Part shown: piece after piece, positions 36,307 through 47,220 of the stretch
How the letters are laid out: every line of letters starts with the position of its first letter
Position numbering within the stretch: the stretch's first letter is position 1
Virus record (IMG/VR): IMGVR_UViG_3300027804_003127
Length of the DNA: 64,000 nucleotides
Strand: one strand, 5' to 3'
DNA from: a virus
The notes under the pieces: model-generated
Databases searched by the model: none
Told to the model about the DNA's origin: nothing
Seen by the model: only the letters and a program-made list of their open reading frames with translations
Made by a program: the position numbers and the translations under genes

Positions 36307-36532
36307 TAAAAATAGACGTGGAAGGCAGGCTGAAAAATATATCTATATAGCAGCTTTAGACGAAAATGGTATTGTTAATAAATTGTTGTTAACAGAGAGA
36401 GAATTTGATTCAGCTAAGAAAAGAGCAAAGAATAACCCAGAAGACACATTTGGGGACGTTATTGCCTTTCAAGTGATTAATGATATAGTAAAAGAAAAGA
36501 TATGTGAAATTAAGCCATCTAATCTTGATTAG
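36290..36532 (+). CDS. hypothetical protein
   Basis: ORF track; LLLTE.E...A.KRA..NPED pattern. Confidence 0.6.
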   Translation: MKGKSNKNRRGRQAEKYIYIAALDENGIVNKLLLTEREFDSAKKRAKNNPEDTFGDVIAFQVINDIVKEKICEIKPSNLD

Positions 36533-36743
36533 AGCAAGTATTGGTGTAATTATCAGGATCTGGAGGATTGCCTATTGATCCGTAATTTAAAAGACCATTT
36601 GCTGCTCTAAATTGTCTTAACATTTTTATTGAATTATATCCTTTTCTGGCATTATTGAAATCTTCCCAGCAATTTGCATTACTAGGAAGAGTGTTCATTT
36701 TTGTATTTAAGCAGTATGCTTTGAAGGATTCAGTCCAATTCAA
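36519..36743 (-). CDS. hypothetical protein
   Basis: Coupled to the helicase stop; GGAG SD. Confidence 0.5.
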   Translation of the reverse strand: MNWTESFKAYCLNTKMNTLPSNANCWEDFNNARKGYNSIKMLRQFRAANGLLNYGSIGNPPDPDNYTNTCSNQD

Positions 36744-39700
36744 CTTGATCTCCCTAAATTATATAGGAATAATGATTGGGCTAGCTTGTACCAGCCTATA
36801 TCTGAATTGGCCTTTTTTCTTCTACTTTTGCTTGGTTTTTTCCCAGAAGGAGTATTTTCAGGAACTGCGTTATTAACAACTTCCATTTTGATTCTTTCAA
36901 ACTCTGCTTCTTTTTCTTTCATCTTCTTATGTTCTTCTACGATTTTTTGTAACAACTTTCTTCTTTCATCAGAGTTTGCATATAGCCCCATAGCAATATA
37001 TTCCCTGTCTTGCTCTTCAAGATTTGCAATCTCTCTCGCTATTTGCTTTTTCGCCTGTAAATTATCATAAAACTTTTCATCAGAACTTATTTGTGGAGCT
37101 ACCACATATACGGCTTGAACATCGCTTTCTGTGTTAATTCTGAAGAAACGACCGAGTGCCTGATCGTCTTCTGAAACTGAAATTGGCAAATCATTGAATA
37201 CAGAGAAATTAGCCGTGTTCTCTAGGCTTATTCCTGTTCCTCCAGCTTTTATGTTAATTACGGCTGCTCCAAAACTACTATCCTTAATTGATTTTTTAAA
37301 CTCATTAACATCTGCAAATCTGTCCTCTAAATTTTGACCTCCAACTATTTTTAAAACTGATTTACCAGAAAGCGGAGAGCTGTCTAGCATTTCCTGTATG
37401 CCTTTGACAAGCATCTCTACGGCCTCTGAGGACGCCGTAAATACTCCAACTCTTTCTCCCCTATCTATGTATGGCTTTATTAGAGCAAGAGTGTTAGGAA
37501 CCTTTACTTCTGCTGCAGCAAATCTATAGTGAGTAAAAGCAGCTAATCTTAGGTTTGGACCAATCACTCCTTTACTCATTGTAATTTCCATTCTTTCTCT
37601 AAACCTCTTGTCAAAGTCTTCTTTAACAGAGCTTTCAATAGCGACTTCATCTTTGGCATCTACTACGCTTACTTTTTGTTCTACATTATCAGGATTGAGG
37701 CTTATTAAACTTTTAATAACACTATCGTTAATATTTTTACCTAACAAACTCTTAATGTTTTCTTTTAAAAGAGAAGCATCTAATTTATTGGTTGATTTCA
37801 TTTGTCTTAAAAGATCAAGTATGCTCTTTGCTTGAGAGTCTTTTATACTTACTCCTGAAGTATTCTTTACTATTAGTTTAATTTCATCTGATTTTTTCTT
37901 ATCCCATATCTGATTTTTGGTTCGCTGTAGATAAACGCCTTGCTGGACTAAGGCATCTCTGATCGCTCTTCCTGTGCCTGCAGCTCCACTCATACCTGGT
38001 ATGCCAGAAGAAACACTGCCTATAAAGCTATCATATCCTAAATCGCCAAGTGGATTGTTGACTGCTTGCAGCTGATTAAATAAGTCTATAGGTTTATTAG
38101 CCACTACTGTTGCAGAAGCTCCCCATACATTTGAAACATTATTGGTCACTTCTTGTATATTGAAAGTAGTGTAATTTTCTTCGTGCTCAAGATCTCCAGA
38201 GATGTCTTGTTTGTCGGGATCGCCATTTTTTACAGTATGAATTTCATCCAGGGCGGTTAATGTAAGATATCCGCTTTTCGCCATATGTTCAAGATATTTT
38301 GTAAGTATAGCTCTTTTGCCTCCATCTAAATATCTATATCTCATTTCTTCAAGTACGTCCCATTCTTCTCTTGCTGCTTCTATCTCTTCTGTTGAAGAGT
38401 TGGGATTATTTATTATTTGCATTTTTTCCGCTTGTTTCACTGGAACTTCTTGACGTGAAACTATTCTTGCAATTGCATTATTAGTCTTTTTGTCTTCGTT
38501 TGCGAATAAGGTGTTTTGATAAACTTCTAGTTCTTTTAGGATTCTTAAAAACTTACTTGCATTTACCTTGATATAATCTCCGTCTTTTTCTTTTATTGAT
38601 TTCATTTTTTCTGCAGCTATAGATTCAGCCTGAGATCTGGGCATTTTTTGCACACTAGTGCGACTTTTGTCAAACATCAAATCATACATAATTCTAGACT
38701 TAATGTCTTCAAAATTTACTTTAAAAAACACGTCTACAAGGCTTAGTGCTACTGATTTTATATCTGGGTGAATGCCTGGAGTATTCTTAATCCCTTCTAT
38801 CAGTAATGATGCAGGCTTGTCTTCTCCTGAACCATAAATCTTTTGCATGAAATCTGAAAGTAAATTGCGAGCGTTTAAATGATTGGACTTAAATGCATTT
38901 CTTTTTGCTTCTAAATTAGCTTTTTTACGCTCTGGATCTGCGGGTGGGATAGAGAATTTCTCATAGTTTATTACACACCACCTCCATGGAGGAGGAACGG
39001 GAGCGCTAGCTGCTCTTTCTTTTTCATCTAAACGATTCCTTTTTATATAATCAAATAGCATGTCTCCATCCCACACTTGGTTTGCATTAAAGCCAACCAC
39101 AGAGCCTATGTCAGCAAGTCCATTTATCATCTCTTGTACAACAGCATTTTTGGTTAGAATCAGACCTCCCTTACCTACGCCTGTCTTGTCTTTTGCCTGT
39201 TCTCTTAGAATTCTCATCTGAGCTGCAGTTAGTAATTGGACTGTTTTTCCGTATCCTGTTTCGTCACCTAAGATAGCGTTCGTCTTTGAGTATAAAAATT
39301 TTATACCATCTATTTGAGCATCATATAGACCAAGCTTGGAAAACTCGTCTGGATGACTTTCTGCTGTTTTGCCTTTTCTACGCAATGCTCCTTGTAGCTG
39401 TACTTTAGCTATTTTCTGAGCAGCATCTATAAAGTCATCTTCATTACTATAGCCATCAAGATCTCCCTCAAATCGCAATTCATCTGGACTTATATAAGAG
39501 TTTTTACGACCATCAAAAAACTTACCAGCCAGTCCGTATTCGTGAATTGCTCTATTGAATTTTTCTAGAGATTTTGGTTCGAAAGCTTTTCTGGTTTTTG
39601 ATAAATTAATAAATCTGGCAAAATCAGAAGGGGTTCCTCTTACATATATGCCGCTTTTTAATACTACTGCATCTGCAACAACGGCAACAGGACATCTTCT

Positions 39701-40657
39701 ATATTGGTATCCTCTCGTTAATTCATTGTTTTCTGGATTAACATGTTCTCCTCTACCAAGATTTTTGTTAGTAGTCTCTCCAACAAAACATACGGACACA
39801 ATCTCATTTACGTGTTTCATTTTATCAATATCTAATGTATCAATATCTGGAGCTTTTATTAGAAAATCAAAAGAATTGTTTGTTTCATCTAAAGCTATCT
39901 TGAACTCTAGTCTTGTTTCCGCATAATTCTTCTTATTAGAAAGTGATTCTTTGGAAGGAAGCTGGTCTCCTAATTCTTTAAGACCTTCTGTATCCCAGCC
40001 AGCGCTCTTAAGATCTTCAATTAAAGCATTATATGAATCTTGATTTAATTTAGATACTGTAAATATATTGCCTATAGCAAATGTTATATTTTTTGAATGT
40101 TTCTTTATTATTTCTTTTACTTTATCAGAAACATTTTTACTCAAGGAAGGCTGAATTGTCAGCTCTCCTTTTTCTACCTTAAACATTAGGAATTTTTTGT
40201 CTGCAGTTGATACGGGAGTGGTAACAGAAGTGCTTGGTTTTGTGTCAACTATGGTAGGCTTTGACTCTTCTGTGACTGGCTGAGATGTAGGTGTCTTTTC
40301 AGGCGCGGGAACGTCTATTGTCATTTTTTCTTTTACGCCAATAGCATCTGTACCTTTTTCTAAGACAGACTGACTACCTTTAGATATAAAATTAATCCCT
40401 TCGTCTATCAGTTTTTGAAAATTAGCAGTTTTGTTTTTAATATCATCTGAAAGACTTGACTGCAACCATTTAAAATCTTCTAAAGTCATATTCCTCATGG
40501 TTTTGCCAATTATGGAAACTATTCTACTTCTTTGATTTGGAGTTGGTCCAAAAATGCCTTTTGGATCATTGTTTAACGTCAACATCCTTTTTAAGAAAAA
40601 TATTATATTTTTGTCTTCTTGTATATTTAGATCTGCTAGTTTAAATAAATTAATCAT
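36740..40657 (-). CDS. SNF2-family helicase/ATPase
   Basis: ILGDETGYGKT, DEIH, SAT, GGTGISL and QALGRFFR motifs. Confidence 0.9.
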   Translation of the reverse strand: MINLFKLADLNIQEDKNIIFFLKRMLTLNNDPKGIFGPTPNQRSRIVSIIGKTMRNMTLEDFKWLQSSLSDDIKNKTANFQKLIDEGINFISKGSQSVLEKGTDAIGVKEKMTIDVPAPEKTPTSQPVTEESKPTIVDTKPSTSVTTPVSTADKKFLMFKVEKGELTIQPSLSKNVSDKVKEIIKKHSKNITFAIGNIFTVSKLNQDSYNALIEDLKSAGWDTEGLKELGDQLPSKESLSNKKNYAETRLEFKIALDETNNSFDFLIKAPDIDTLDIDKMKHVNEIVSVCFVGETTNKNLGRGEHVNPENNELTRGYQYRRCPVAVVADAVVLKSGIYVRGTPSDFARFINLSKTRKAFEPKSLEKFNRAIHEYGLAGKFFDGRKNSYISPDELRFEGDLDGYSNEDDFIDAAQKIAKVQLQGALRRKGKTAESHPDEFSKLGLYDAQIDGIKFLYSKTNAILGDETGYGKTVQLLTAAQMRILREQAKDKTGVGKGGLILTKNAVVQEMINGLADIGSVVGFNANQVWDGDMLFDYIKRNRLDEKERAASAPVPPPWRWCVINYEKFSIPPADPERKKANLEAKRNAFKSNHLNARNLLSDFMQKIYGSGEDKPASLLIEGIKNTPGIHPDIKSVALSLVDVFFKVNFEDIKSRIMYDLMFDKSRTSVQKMPRSQAESIAAEKMKSIKEKDGDYIKVNASKFLRILKELEVYQNTLFANEDKKTNNAIARIVSRQEVPVKQAEKMQIINNPNSSTEEIEAAREEWDVLEEMRYRYLDGGKRAILTKYLEHMAKSGYLTLTALDEIHTVKNGDPDKQDISGDLEHEENYTTFNIQEVTNNVSNVWGASATVVANKPIDLFNQLQAVNNPLGDLGYDSFIGSVSSGIPGMSGAAGTGRAIRDALVQQGVYLQRTKNQIWDKKKSDEIKLIVKNTSGVSIKDSQAKSILDLLRQMKSTNKLDASLLKENIKSLLGKNINDSVIKSLISLNPDNVEQKVSVVDAKDEVAIESSVKEDFDKRFRERMEITMSKGVIGPNLRLAAFTHYRFAAAEVKVPNTLALIKPYIDRGERVGVFTASSEAVEMLVKGIQEMLDSSPLSGKSVLKIVGGQNLEDRFADVNEFKKSIKDSSFGAAVINIKAGGTGISLENTANFSVFNDLPISVSEDDQALGRFFRINTESDVQAVYVVAPQISSDEKFYDNLQAKKQIAREIANLEEQDREYIAMGLYANSDERRKLLQKIVEEHKKMKEKEAEFERIKMEVVNNAVPENTPSGKKPSKSRRKKANSDIGWYKLAQSLFLYNLGRSS

Positions 40658-40735
40658 TCGAAAGGTTTCTCCTGTGCTTTGACGTATTATATTTTATCTA
40701 TTTTTAATTTAAATCCTTTTGACAACGGAGAGGCT

Positions 40736-42172
40736 ATGGCAAGAATAATAAAAAAAGCAAGCGGTGAAAATAAGCTTAAATTAACGTCAGAAGAATGGGC
40801 AATTCAAGGTCTTGCTAATGGTTGGATTGGTGACAGTCATATGAAAGCAATGTCCAAATTTGCTCAAGAAGAAATAAGTGACAATCAAGAATTTATAAAT
40901 ACTATTGATAATATTGACAGTCAAATAAAAATTGCCGAATCTGCATATGAAGAAAACTTACTAGCCAAATTTTCTCAAAGATCACCAGCACCAGCAACAA
41001 GGGGGTCAAGAACTCCAGCGCAAATAGCTGCGACTGAAAGAATGCAAGCAGCAAATCGTGCACGAAATGCTGCAAAGCAAATAGCTGTCTCAGGTCAAGC
41101 TTCTTCAGTTCCGCTTGCAGACACTTCTACTGTTAGATTAACACCTAAGTCTTTACTAAATCAATTTGGAACATTACCAGCTGCAGTCAATCCGTCTGGG
41201 CCAATTGGAGTCAGTCGAAGAAGGGGAGCGGCAGCAGTACCAGCAGCAGTACCAGCAGCAGTACCAGCAGCAGTACCAGCAGCAGTACCAGCAGCAGTAC
41301 CAGCAGCAGCAATGCCTAATGTTATTCCAAGAAGCGGAAACATAACTCCATATGAGATAGCGTCAGATAGTCCTCAATCTACATCTGCAGCGCAGTCAGC
41401 AAGAGCGTCTGCTCCTAGAGCATCTGTTATGGATCAAAGATATGTTGTAAATGATCCTAGAACTGGCAAACAAGTGTACACAACTCCTAACAATTTAATC
41501 AAGAGTTTGGAAAAAAACAGATTTGGAGATGCAGCGAGAGTTAATTTTCAAAGAATAGAAAGTTTGCCACCAGATCAAAAACAGGCTTTTTATAGACAAT
41601 TATCTAAGACAAAAAAAGGGCAGGAAACACTTCGGGCTTTGGGGGAATTTAGAGCAAAAGGAATAGGTGCTCCAAAAGGAGGATTTGTTCAGCGTATAGA
41701 TCCAGCAACTGGAAAACCAATATCTCAGATAGGAGCTTTAGGCCAAAAAATAAAAGGAATGCCAGGACAGGCGGTAGGTGCATTGGGTAAAAAATTTCCA
41801 CAAGGGATGCAAAACGTAAAAAGCGTTGCTGGAGGGCTTAAGCCATCTTTGGGCGTTGGAGGAATGGTTGCAGGACTTGGCGGCGCTGCCCTTGGGGTAG
41901 GGGCCTACCAGTGGCTAAAGAGTAGAGAAGTTAATAATCAGCAGATAAACCCAAAATTTATGGTAGATCCAAATGCTGCACAAAAAGCGTTTATGGCATC
42001 AGCTCAAATAAAAAATTTAAATTCATTAAGAGGAGTGTCGTCCTCTATAGATTCTTCTTTAGATAAATTAAACGCCATGCTTGTGGGTGCTGTTTCAAAA
42101 ATACAACAAGGACAGGCTGGACAGGGCATAATGGCTAGATATCAAGCTCAGCAAAATCAACCAGCAAGATAA
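40736..42172 (+). CDS. low-complexity Ala/Gly/Gln-rich protein (possible internal virion/ejection protein)
   Basis: GGAG SD; degenerate tag 2, KFAQ, Gly-rich TM-like segment. Confidence 0.7.
   Translation: MARIIKKASGENKLKLTSEEWAIQGLANGWIGDSHMKAMSKFAQEEISDNQEFINTIDNIDSQIKIAESAYEENLLAKFSQRSPAPATRGSRTPAQIAATERMQAANRARNAAKQIAVSGQASSVPLADTSTVRLTPKSLLNQFGTLPAAVNPSGPIGVSRRRGAAAVPAAVPAAVPAAVPAAVPAAVPAAAMPNVIPRSGNITPYEIASDSPQSTSAAQSARASAPRASVMDQRYVVNDPRTGKQVYTTPNNLIKSLEKNRFGDAARVNFQRIESLPPDQKQAFYRQLSKTKKGQETLRALGEFRAKGIGAPKGGFVQRIDPATGKPISQIGALGQKIKGMPGQAVGALGKKFPQGMQNVKSVAGGLKPSLGVGGMVAGLGGAALGVGAYQWLKSREVNNQQINPKFMVDPNAAQKAFMASAQIKNLNSLRGVSSSIDSSLDKLNAMLVGAVSKIQQGQAGQGIMARYQAQQNQPAR
41231..41302 (+). 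repeat. 12-bp tandem repeat (GCAGCAGTACCA)x6 encoding AAVP
   Basis: Read directly from the sequence. Confidence 0.95.
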
Positions 42173-42181
42173 GGGTAAAAA

Positions 42182-42733
42182 ATGAATAATAAAAAAATTA
42201 AATACACAAAAAAAGCGTGGGTAGAAGCTGGACTCAAAAAAGGCTATCTTGTCAGAAACGGCAAGGATGGATATGATATAAAAAAAGAAGCGCTTGCCCC
42301 TTTAGTGACTGGAGTTATTGGAGGAGCTTTAGGGATGGCTGGAAACTGGGCTTACGACAAAGCAAGACAAGGAGACTGGTGGCAAAGACTTAAGGGTGGA
42401 TTTGGATTCAGAGGATACGCTGTACCACAAGAAAAGCTAAATCAAATGAAGCAGCAACTTCAGCAAGCTGAAGCTGTTTTCGCAAACATGAGAGGGATAT
42501 CTCCAGAGCTTGATAGAACAATAGAAGAGTTTAAAAATAATACAACTCAAGCAATACAAAGAGCAGAAGCCGAAAACGTACAGCACGGTCAAGGAAATGC
42601 TCAAGCCTATGGTCAGCAAATGATTGACAAGCAAAATCAGCAGGCTCAGAATCAGTCTCAGCCTCAGGCCAATCAGCAGGCAGATAAAAATAACCAACAA
42701 AGCGAATCAAATCAAGGCAGTGAAAATAAATAA
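42182..42733 (+). CDS. Gln-rich protein with glycine-zipper TM segment
   Basis: Degenerate tag 2, then KEA-LAPLVTGVIGGALGMAG. Confidence 0.7.
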   Translation: MNNKKIKYTKKAWVEAGLKKGYLVRNGKDGYDIKKEALAPLVTGVIGGALGMAGNWAYDKARQGDWWQRLKGGFGFRGYAVPQEKLNQMKQQLQQAEAVFANMRGISPELDRTIEEFKNNTTQAIQRAEAENVQHGQGNAQAYGQQMIDKQNQQAQNQSQPQANQQADKNNQQSESNQGSENK

Positions 42734-42741
42734 ATTATATT

Positions 42742-43830
42742 ATGTATGATTATGTAATTGTAGGATCTGGTCTTTTTGGATCTGTTTTTGCTAGAGAGTT
42801 AACAAATTTTGGCAAAAAATGTCTTATTATAGATAAAAGATCGCACATAGGCGGCAATTGTTATACTTATACTGAAGATAGCATACATGTACACGCATAT
42901 GGTCCTCATATTTTTCATACTAGCAGTAAAAGAATTTGGGAATATGTTAATAAATATACAGAATTTAATAATTACATAAACAGACCAAAAGTATCATACA
43001 AAAATAATTTATATTCTTTTCCTATAAATCTATTTACATTATACCAGCTATGGGGAGTCAAGTCTCCAGAAGAAGCTAAATGCAAATTAGAAGAAGTAAA
43101 AGTCAGAAAAGAAACCTGTGAAAATCTAGAAGACTGGATTTTGGCGCAAGTTGGACAAGAAATATATGAAAAGTTTATATATGGATATACAAAAAAGCAG
43201 TGGGGAAAAGAGCCCAGAGATTTACCGTCATCTATTATAAAAAGACTACCCATAAGATTGACAATGGATGACAATTATTTTGAAGATGAATATCAGGGAA
43301 TACCGAAGCTTGGATATACCGATTTGTTTACAAATCTTCTTGCAGACATTGAGCATGAATTGGGAGTTGATTATTTTTCAAACAGAGACAGATTCAACAA
43401 GATGGCAAAAAAAGTTGTGTACACTGGACCTATAGATGAGTTTTTTGAGTATGAGTATGGAGAATTGGAATGGAGAAGTTTAAAGTTTGAGACTAAAAAA
43501 TTAGCTCTGCAATATTTTCAAGGATCTGCCATAACAAACTATACAGAAGAAAATTGTCCTTATACTAGGATAGTAGAGCATAAGCATTTTAATTTTCTAA
43601 AAAATAATTCCACTATAATAACTATGGAATATCCTCAAAAATGGGATAAAAGTAAAGAAAAGTTTTATCCGATTAATGATGAAAAAAATAATGTACTATT
43701 TAAAAAATATCATTCATTAATAGACCACGATAAGTTTATCTTTGGTGGCAGGCTTGCTAACTATAAATACTACGATATGCACCAAGTAATAGGATCTGCC
43801 TTATCTGCTGCTGACAAAGAGACTAAATAG
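42742..43830 (+). CDS. glf: UDP-galactopyranose mutase
   Basis: VGSGLFG, HIGGNCY, YGPHIFHT and GRLANYKYYDMHQ motifs. Confidence 0.97.
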   Translation: MYDYVIVGSGLFGSVFARELTNFGKKCLIIDKRSHIGGNCYTYTEDSIHVHAYGPHIFHTSSKRIWEYVNKYTEFNNYINRPKVSYKNNLYSFPINLFTLYQLWGVKSPEEAKCKLEEVKVRKETCENLEDWILAQVGQEIYEKFIYGYTKKQWGKEPRDLPSSIIKRLPIRLTMDDNYFEDEYQGIPKLGYTDLFTNLLADIEHELGVDYFSNRDRFNKMAKKVVYTGPIDEFFEYEYGELEWRSLKFETKKLALQYFQGSAITNYTEENCPYTRIVEHKHFNFLKNNSTIITMEYPQKWDKSKEKFYPINDEKNNVLFKKYHSLIDHDKFIFGGRLANYKYYDMHQVIGSALSAADKETK

Positions 43831-43863
43831 AGGTAATAAAGTTTTACTTTAAGTATAAACACT

Positions 43864-44853
43864 ATGCACAAAAACTGGTACAAATTATCTCAATCTTCAT
43901 CTCAATACACTGTAAAAGATAAGGACACCCTTTCTTCTATTGCACAAAATGTATTGGGCAGTTCTTCTAGATGGGTTGAAATCGCTAAACTAAATCCTAA
44001 TATTAATCCAAATCAAATTAAGGCAGGAATGGTTTTAAATATGCCATCTCAGAACGATTCCTTGTCTGCATCTGTACCAGCGAGTACTAGTCAAGGGGCA
44101 CCAGTTAGATCTCAGACTAATCCTAGTAATAATGTTAAAAGTTACATAATACAACAAAACGACACTCTTTCTGGAATAGCTGAAAAAACATTAGGAAGTG
44201 CAGCAAGGTGGAGGGAGATAGCAGCACTAAATCCTGGGTTAGATCCCAAAAATTTAAAAATAGGAACTGAAGTTATAATACCTGATATATCTAAAAAAGA
44301 AGAAACTACGAATGAGACTACTACGGCAATTTCAAGTCCTCTTGATGCTTTGAAAAATGAAATAGCAAAAGGAGAGGGTGGATATAATTCATATAATAGG
44401 GGAAAAGCTGGAGATACTCCAAATCCAGCGATTGATATCACAAAATTAACTGTTGGAGAAGTAATGCAAAGACAAAAGGGAAGTCCAGGAAGACCAAGAG
44501 ACTTTTTTGCTGTCGGTAAATACCAGTTTGTGCCACAAACCCTAGCAGCTGCCGTAAGATTTAAGCGATCTGGAGTAAGCAAAACTGACTTATTTTCTCC
44601 AGAAACGCAAGAAAAGCTTTTCCCATATTTACTATACAAGCAACCTGCTGTTATGAATTACTTAAACGGAACTTCGAATAGTATAGAAGATGCTGTAAAT
44701 GGATTAGCTGCTGAATTTGCATCTTTACCAAATACTTCTGGCGTTGGAAACTATGACAAAAAGGCTGGGAATAAGGGCAAGGGTGGATTGGGCAGGGTCG
44801 AAAAAATCAAAACAATACTTATACAATTAAGAAATTCTGGAATGTTTAAATGA
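43864..44853 (+). CDS. LysM x2 plus lysozyme-like domain protein with tag 1
   Basis: Two Y.(V/I)...DTLS.IA...LG...RW.EIA.LNP LysM repeats; GEGGYN...AVGKYQF...LAAEFASLP. Confidence 0.85.
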   Translation: MHKNWYKLSQSSSQYTVKDKDTLSSIAQNVLGSSSRWVEIAKLNPNINPNQIKAGMVLNMPSQNDSLSASVPASTSQGAPVRSQTNPSNNVKSYIIQQNDTLSGIAEKTLGSAARWREIAALNPGLDPKNLKIGTEVIIPDISKKEETTNETTTAISSPLDALKNEIAKGEGGYNSYNRGKAGDTPNPAIDITKLTVGEVMQRQKGSPGRPRDFFAVGKYQFVPQTLAAAVRFKRSGVSKTDLFSPETQEKLFPYLLYKQPAVMNYLNGTSNSIEDAVNGLAAEFASLPNTSGVGNYDKKAGNKGKGGLGRVEKIKTILIQLRNSGMFK

Positions 44854-45959
44854 AGCATGATATAATTATATCAATGTTGGCTACAAGCAGTAAGCAAAAA
44901 TATGTTGATAGAATAAGTGACTTAGAGCCATATCTGATAGTAAATAGCTTCAAAAATGCCAAAATAGATTTAATTGGAGACAATTGTGATAAACCAAAAG
45001 TTGTACCTGACAGTTACTATTGGTTTAAACCAAAATATGACAAAGTCTATCAAAAATTCTGGTGTTATCTTGATTCTTTAAATATTGAAAATTTACCTAA
45101 ATGGCTAATTCAATGCGATGATGATTGTGCAACGGATGTTGGAAAACTTTATGAGTTATTAAATAGTTATTATGATTATAATGATCCTGTGTGTTTAGAA
45201 GCAACTCAGAATTACGACTTTTCTCACCCATATCACCCTATTGTGAAAAATTTTATGCCCAAATCTATCCATTATACGGCTAATGATTGGCAAAGTTCAA
45301 ACATGATACATCATCACAGCTGGGGATCTCATGTATTCAGTTATGGTATGCTTAGAAAAATGAAAGAATGGAACAGATTTCACGATTGGTGCAACAGCAT
45401 ATATCGTTTGGGTCCATCATTTGGAGATCATTTACCCTCAATGCTCGCTCTATCCTTAAAAGTACCATGCTGTGAGGTAAAATTTATACATTCTTTTTTT
45501 AATATGAATGAATTTACTGGAATAAATGAAAGTGGCCATTATGCGCAAATACATTATGTGCATAGACTTATCCCTGAATGGGGAAAGTTTACTTCACTTA
45601 TTAATAATAAAAAACCAAAAGTAAAAGTAAAAAACGATAACCAGAGGATAGATGAAATACCCAAATTAATTAATAGGCAAACTTTTAAAAAGAAAAAAAT
45701 ATCAATCAGAGCTTATAGTAAAATTAGACCAAGAGAACATCACATAATAGAGTTGCACAATGATGGAAACGCTGAAATAAGTGGAAATATTAATTTGATG
45801 TGGAATTTGTCTAATAACGGAGAAATGTTAGTATTAGATAAAGCAACAAAAAAAAGGATGGCAGAAATAAAGCCTCTAGGCTCTAAAGGTGATTTTATTA
45901 TAAAAATGAATTTACATAATAGTGATTTCAATTTGATATGGAATGGGCAAGAAATATGA
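44850..45959 (+). CDS. putative glycosyltransferase (GT-A, DDD motif)
   Basis: KWLIQCDDDC, a fringe/GT31-like motif. Confidence 0.5.
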   Translation: MKHDIIISMLATSSKQKYVDRISDLEPYLIVNSFKNAKIDLIGDNCDKPKVVPDSYYWFKPKYDKVYQKFWCYLDSLNIENLPKWLIQCDDDCATDVGKLYELLNSYYDYNDPVCLEATQNYDFSHPYHPIVKNFMPKSIHYTANDWQSSNMIHHHSWGSHVFSYGMLRKMKEWNRFHDWCNSIYRLGPSFGDHLPSMLALSLKVPCCEVKFIHSFFNMNEFTGINESGHYAQIHYVHRLIPEWGKFTSLINNKKPKVKVKNDNQRIDEIPKLINRQTFKKKKISIRAYSKIRPREHHIIELHNDGNAEISGNINLMWNLSNNGEMLVLDKATKKRMAEIKPLGSKGDFIIKMNLHNSDFNLIWNGQEI

Positions 45960-46215
45960 TTATAATAAAGACATCTTCATTTGATGACATAAAAAAACAT
46001 CCCGCTATTGTTCATTATGAAACAACGCAAAATCCTTTAGATAAAAGTAATTGGGAATATGTTGATGAGTATTTCTTAGAATCAAATAATATAGAAGAAG
46101 AAATAAGAAATATTTTAGGAAAACTTTCCAATTCACACAGCATACAAAAAGTAAATGATAATTTATATTACGCTAAAGACTCTAATGAAAAATATGAAAT
46201 ATTCAAGGTAACTAT

Positions 46216-47220
46216 ATGAGCGGAAAAATAAGATACTCACATGGCCATGTTGAAATAAATGGAATAACTTTTCCTATGGAAGTTTTGCAAAAAGCTCAAA
46301 GTATTGCAAATAGTAAAAACGAACATGTGGGAATATGGGAAGCGGACAGAATGAGTAATGGATTTATGGGCTTTATAATTATACCAATGAAATATAAGAA
46401 TACTGACAATAAAAAAACATTAATTAGAGGATACACGCCTGCATTAGGGGGGTCTGGAGAAAAAATTCCAGAACCAATCCATATTGTTGAACACGATGAA
46501 GAACACAGCGGAATGGAGATGTTTCCCAGTAAAATATTAAGAGAAAGATCATATACACATGTAGATAGGTTGTCAAATCCTGAATGGGACATGTCTGCTT
46601 TTGCTGAAAATAAAAAAATAATGATGAAAAAAGCAGATTGGATCAATATTGGGATTAAATCTGGATGGATAAAAGATTCAGATATAGCAAAAAATAAATT
46701 ACTTTCGCAAGAAAATTACAAACAAGCTATTCCAGTAGCTCCACTACTTATGATAGCCGTACCTGCGATATTATCTGCAGCTCCTCAAATAATAGAAATG
46801 TTTAGTGGAAATAAAGAAGAGGCCGAAGCTCACGTACAAGAAGCTTTGAAAAATCCTCAAATGATACAACAACAAAATCAGGAAGCAAGTGTGATACAGC
46901 AAAGGATTCAAGGATTAATAAATAACTTACAGATCTATGCTGAAAAGATAATGCTACCATGCGCTAAGATGACTCCTCCAGAAAAATGCTCTGGAAAAGT
47001 TGTAAACGATATTAATATGCTAAAAAACAAAATATCTTCAATAGAGCAAAAATACAACACTTTATCTAAAACAAAAAACGGAGATGTTTGTGCTATATTA
47101 AAAGAAGCTCACGATTTAAACGTGTGCGCCCAAGGCGTTATTCAACTTAATGCTACTTTGTCTAAAGAAATTGAATATCTTCAAAGTGGTAATTTTGATT
47201 TTTCTGGGTACGGAGCATGA
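46216..47220 (+). CDS. hypothetical protein with internal tag 2
   Basis: MMKKADWINIGIKSGWIKDS. Confidence 0.75.
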   Translation: MSGKIRYSHGHVEINGITFPMEVLQKAQSIANSKNEHVGIWEADRMSNGFMGFIIIPMKYKNTDNKKTLIRGYTPALGGSGEKIPEPIHIVEHDEEHSGMEMFPSKILRERSYTHVDRLSNPEWDMSAFAENKKIMMKKADWINIGIKSGWIKDSDIAKNKLLSQENYKQAIPVAPLLMIAVPAILSAAPQIIEMFSGNKEEAEAHVQEALKNPQMIQQQNQEASVIQQRIQGLINNLQIYAEKIMLPCAKMTPPEKCSGKVVNDINMLKNKISSIEQKYNTLSKTKNGDVCAILKEAHDLNVCAQGVIQLNATLSKEIEYLQSGNFDFSGYGA

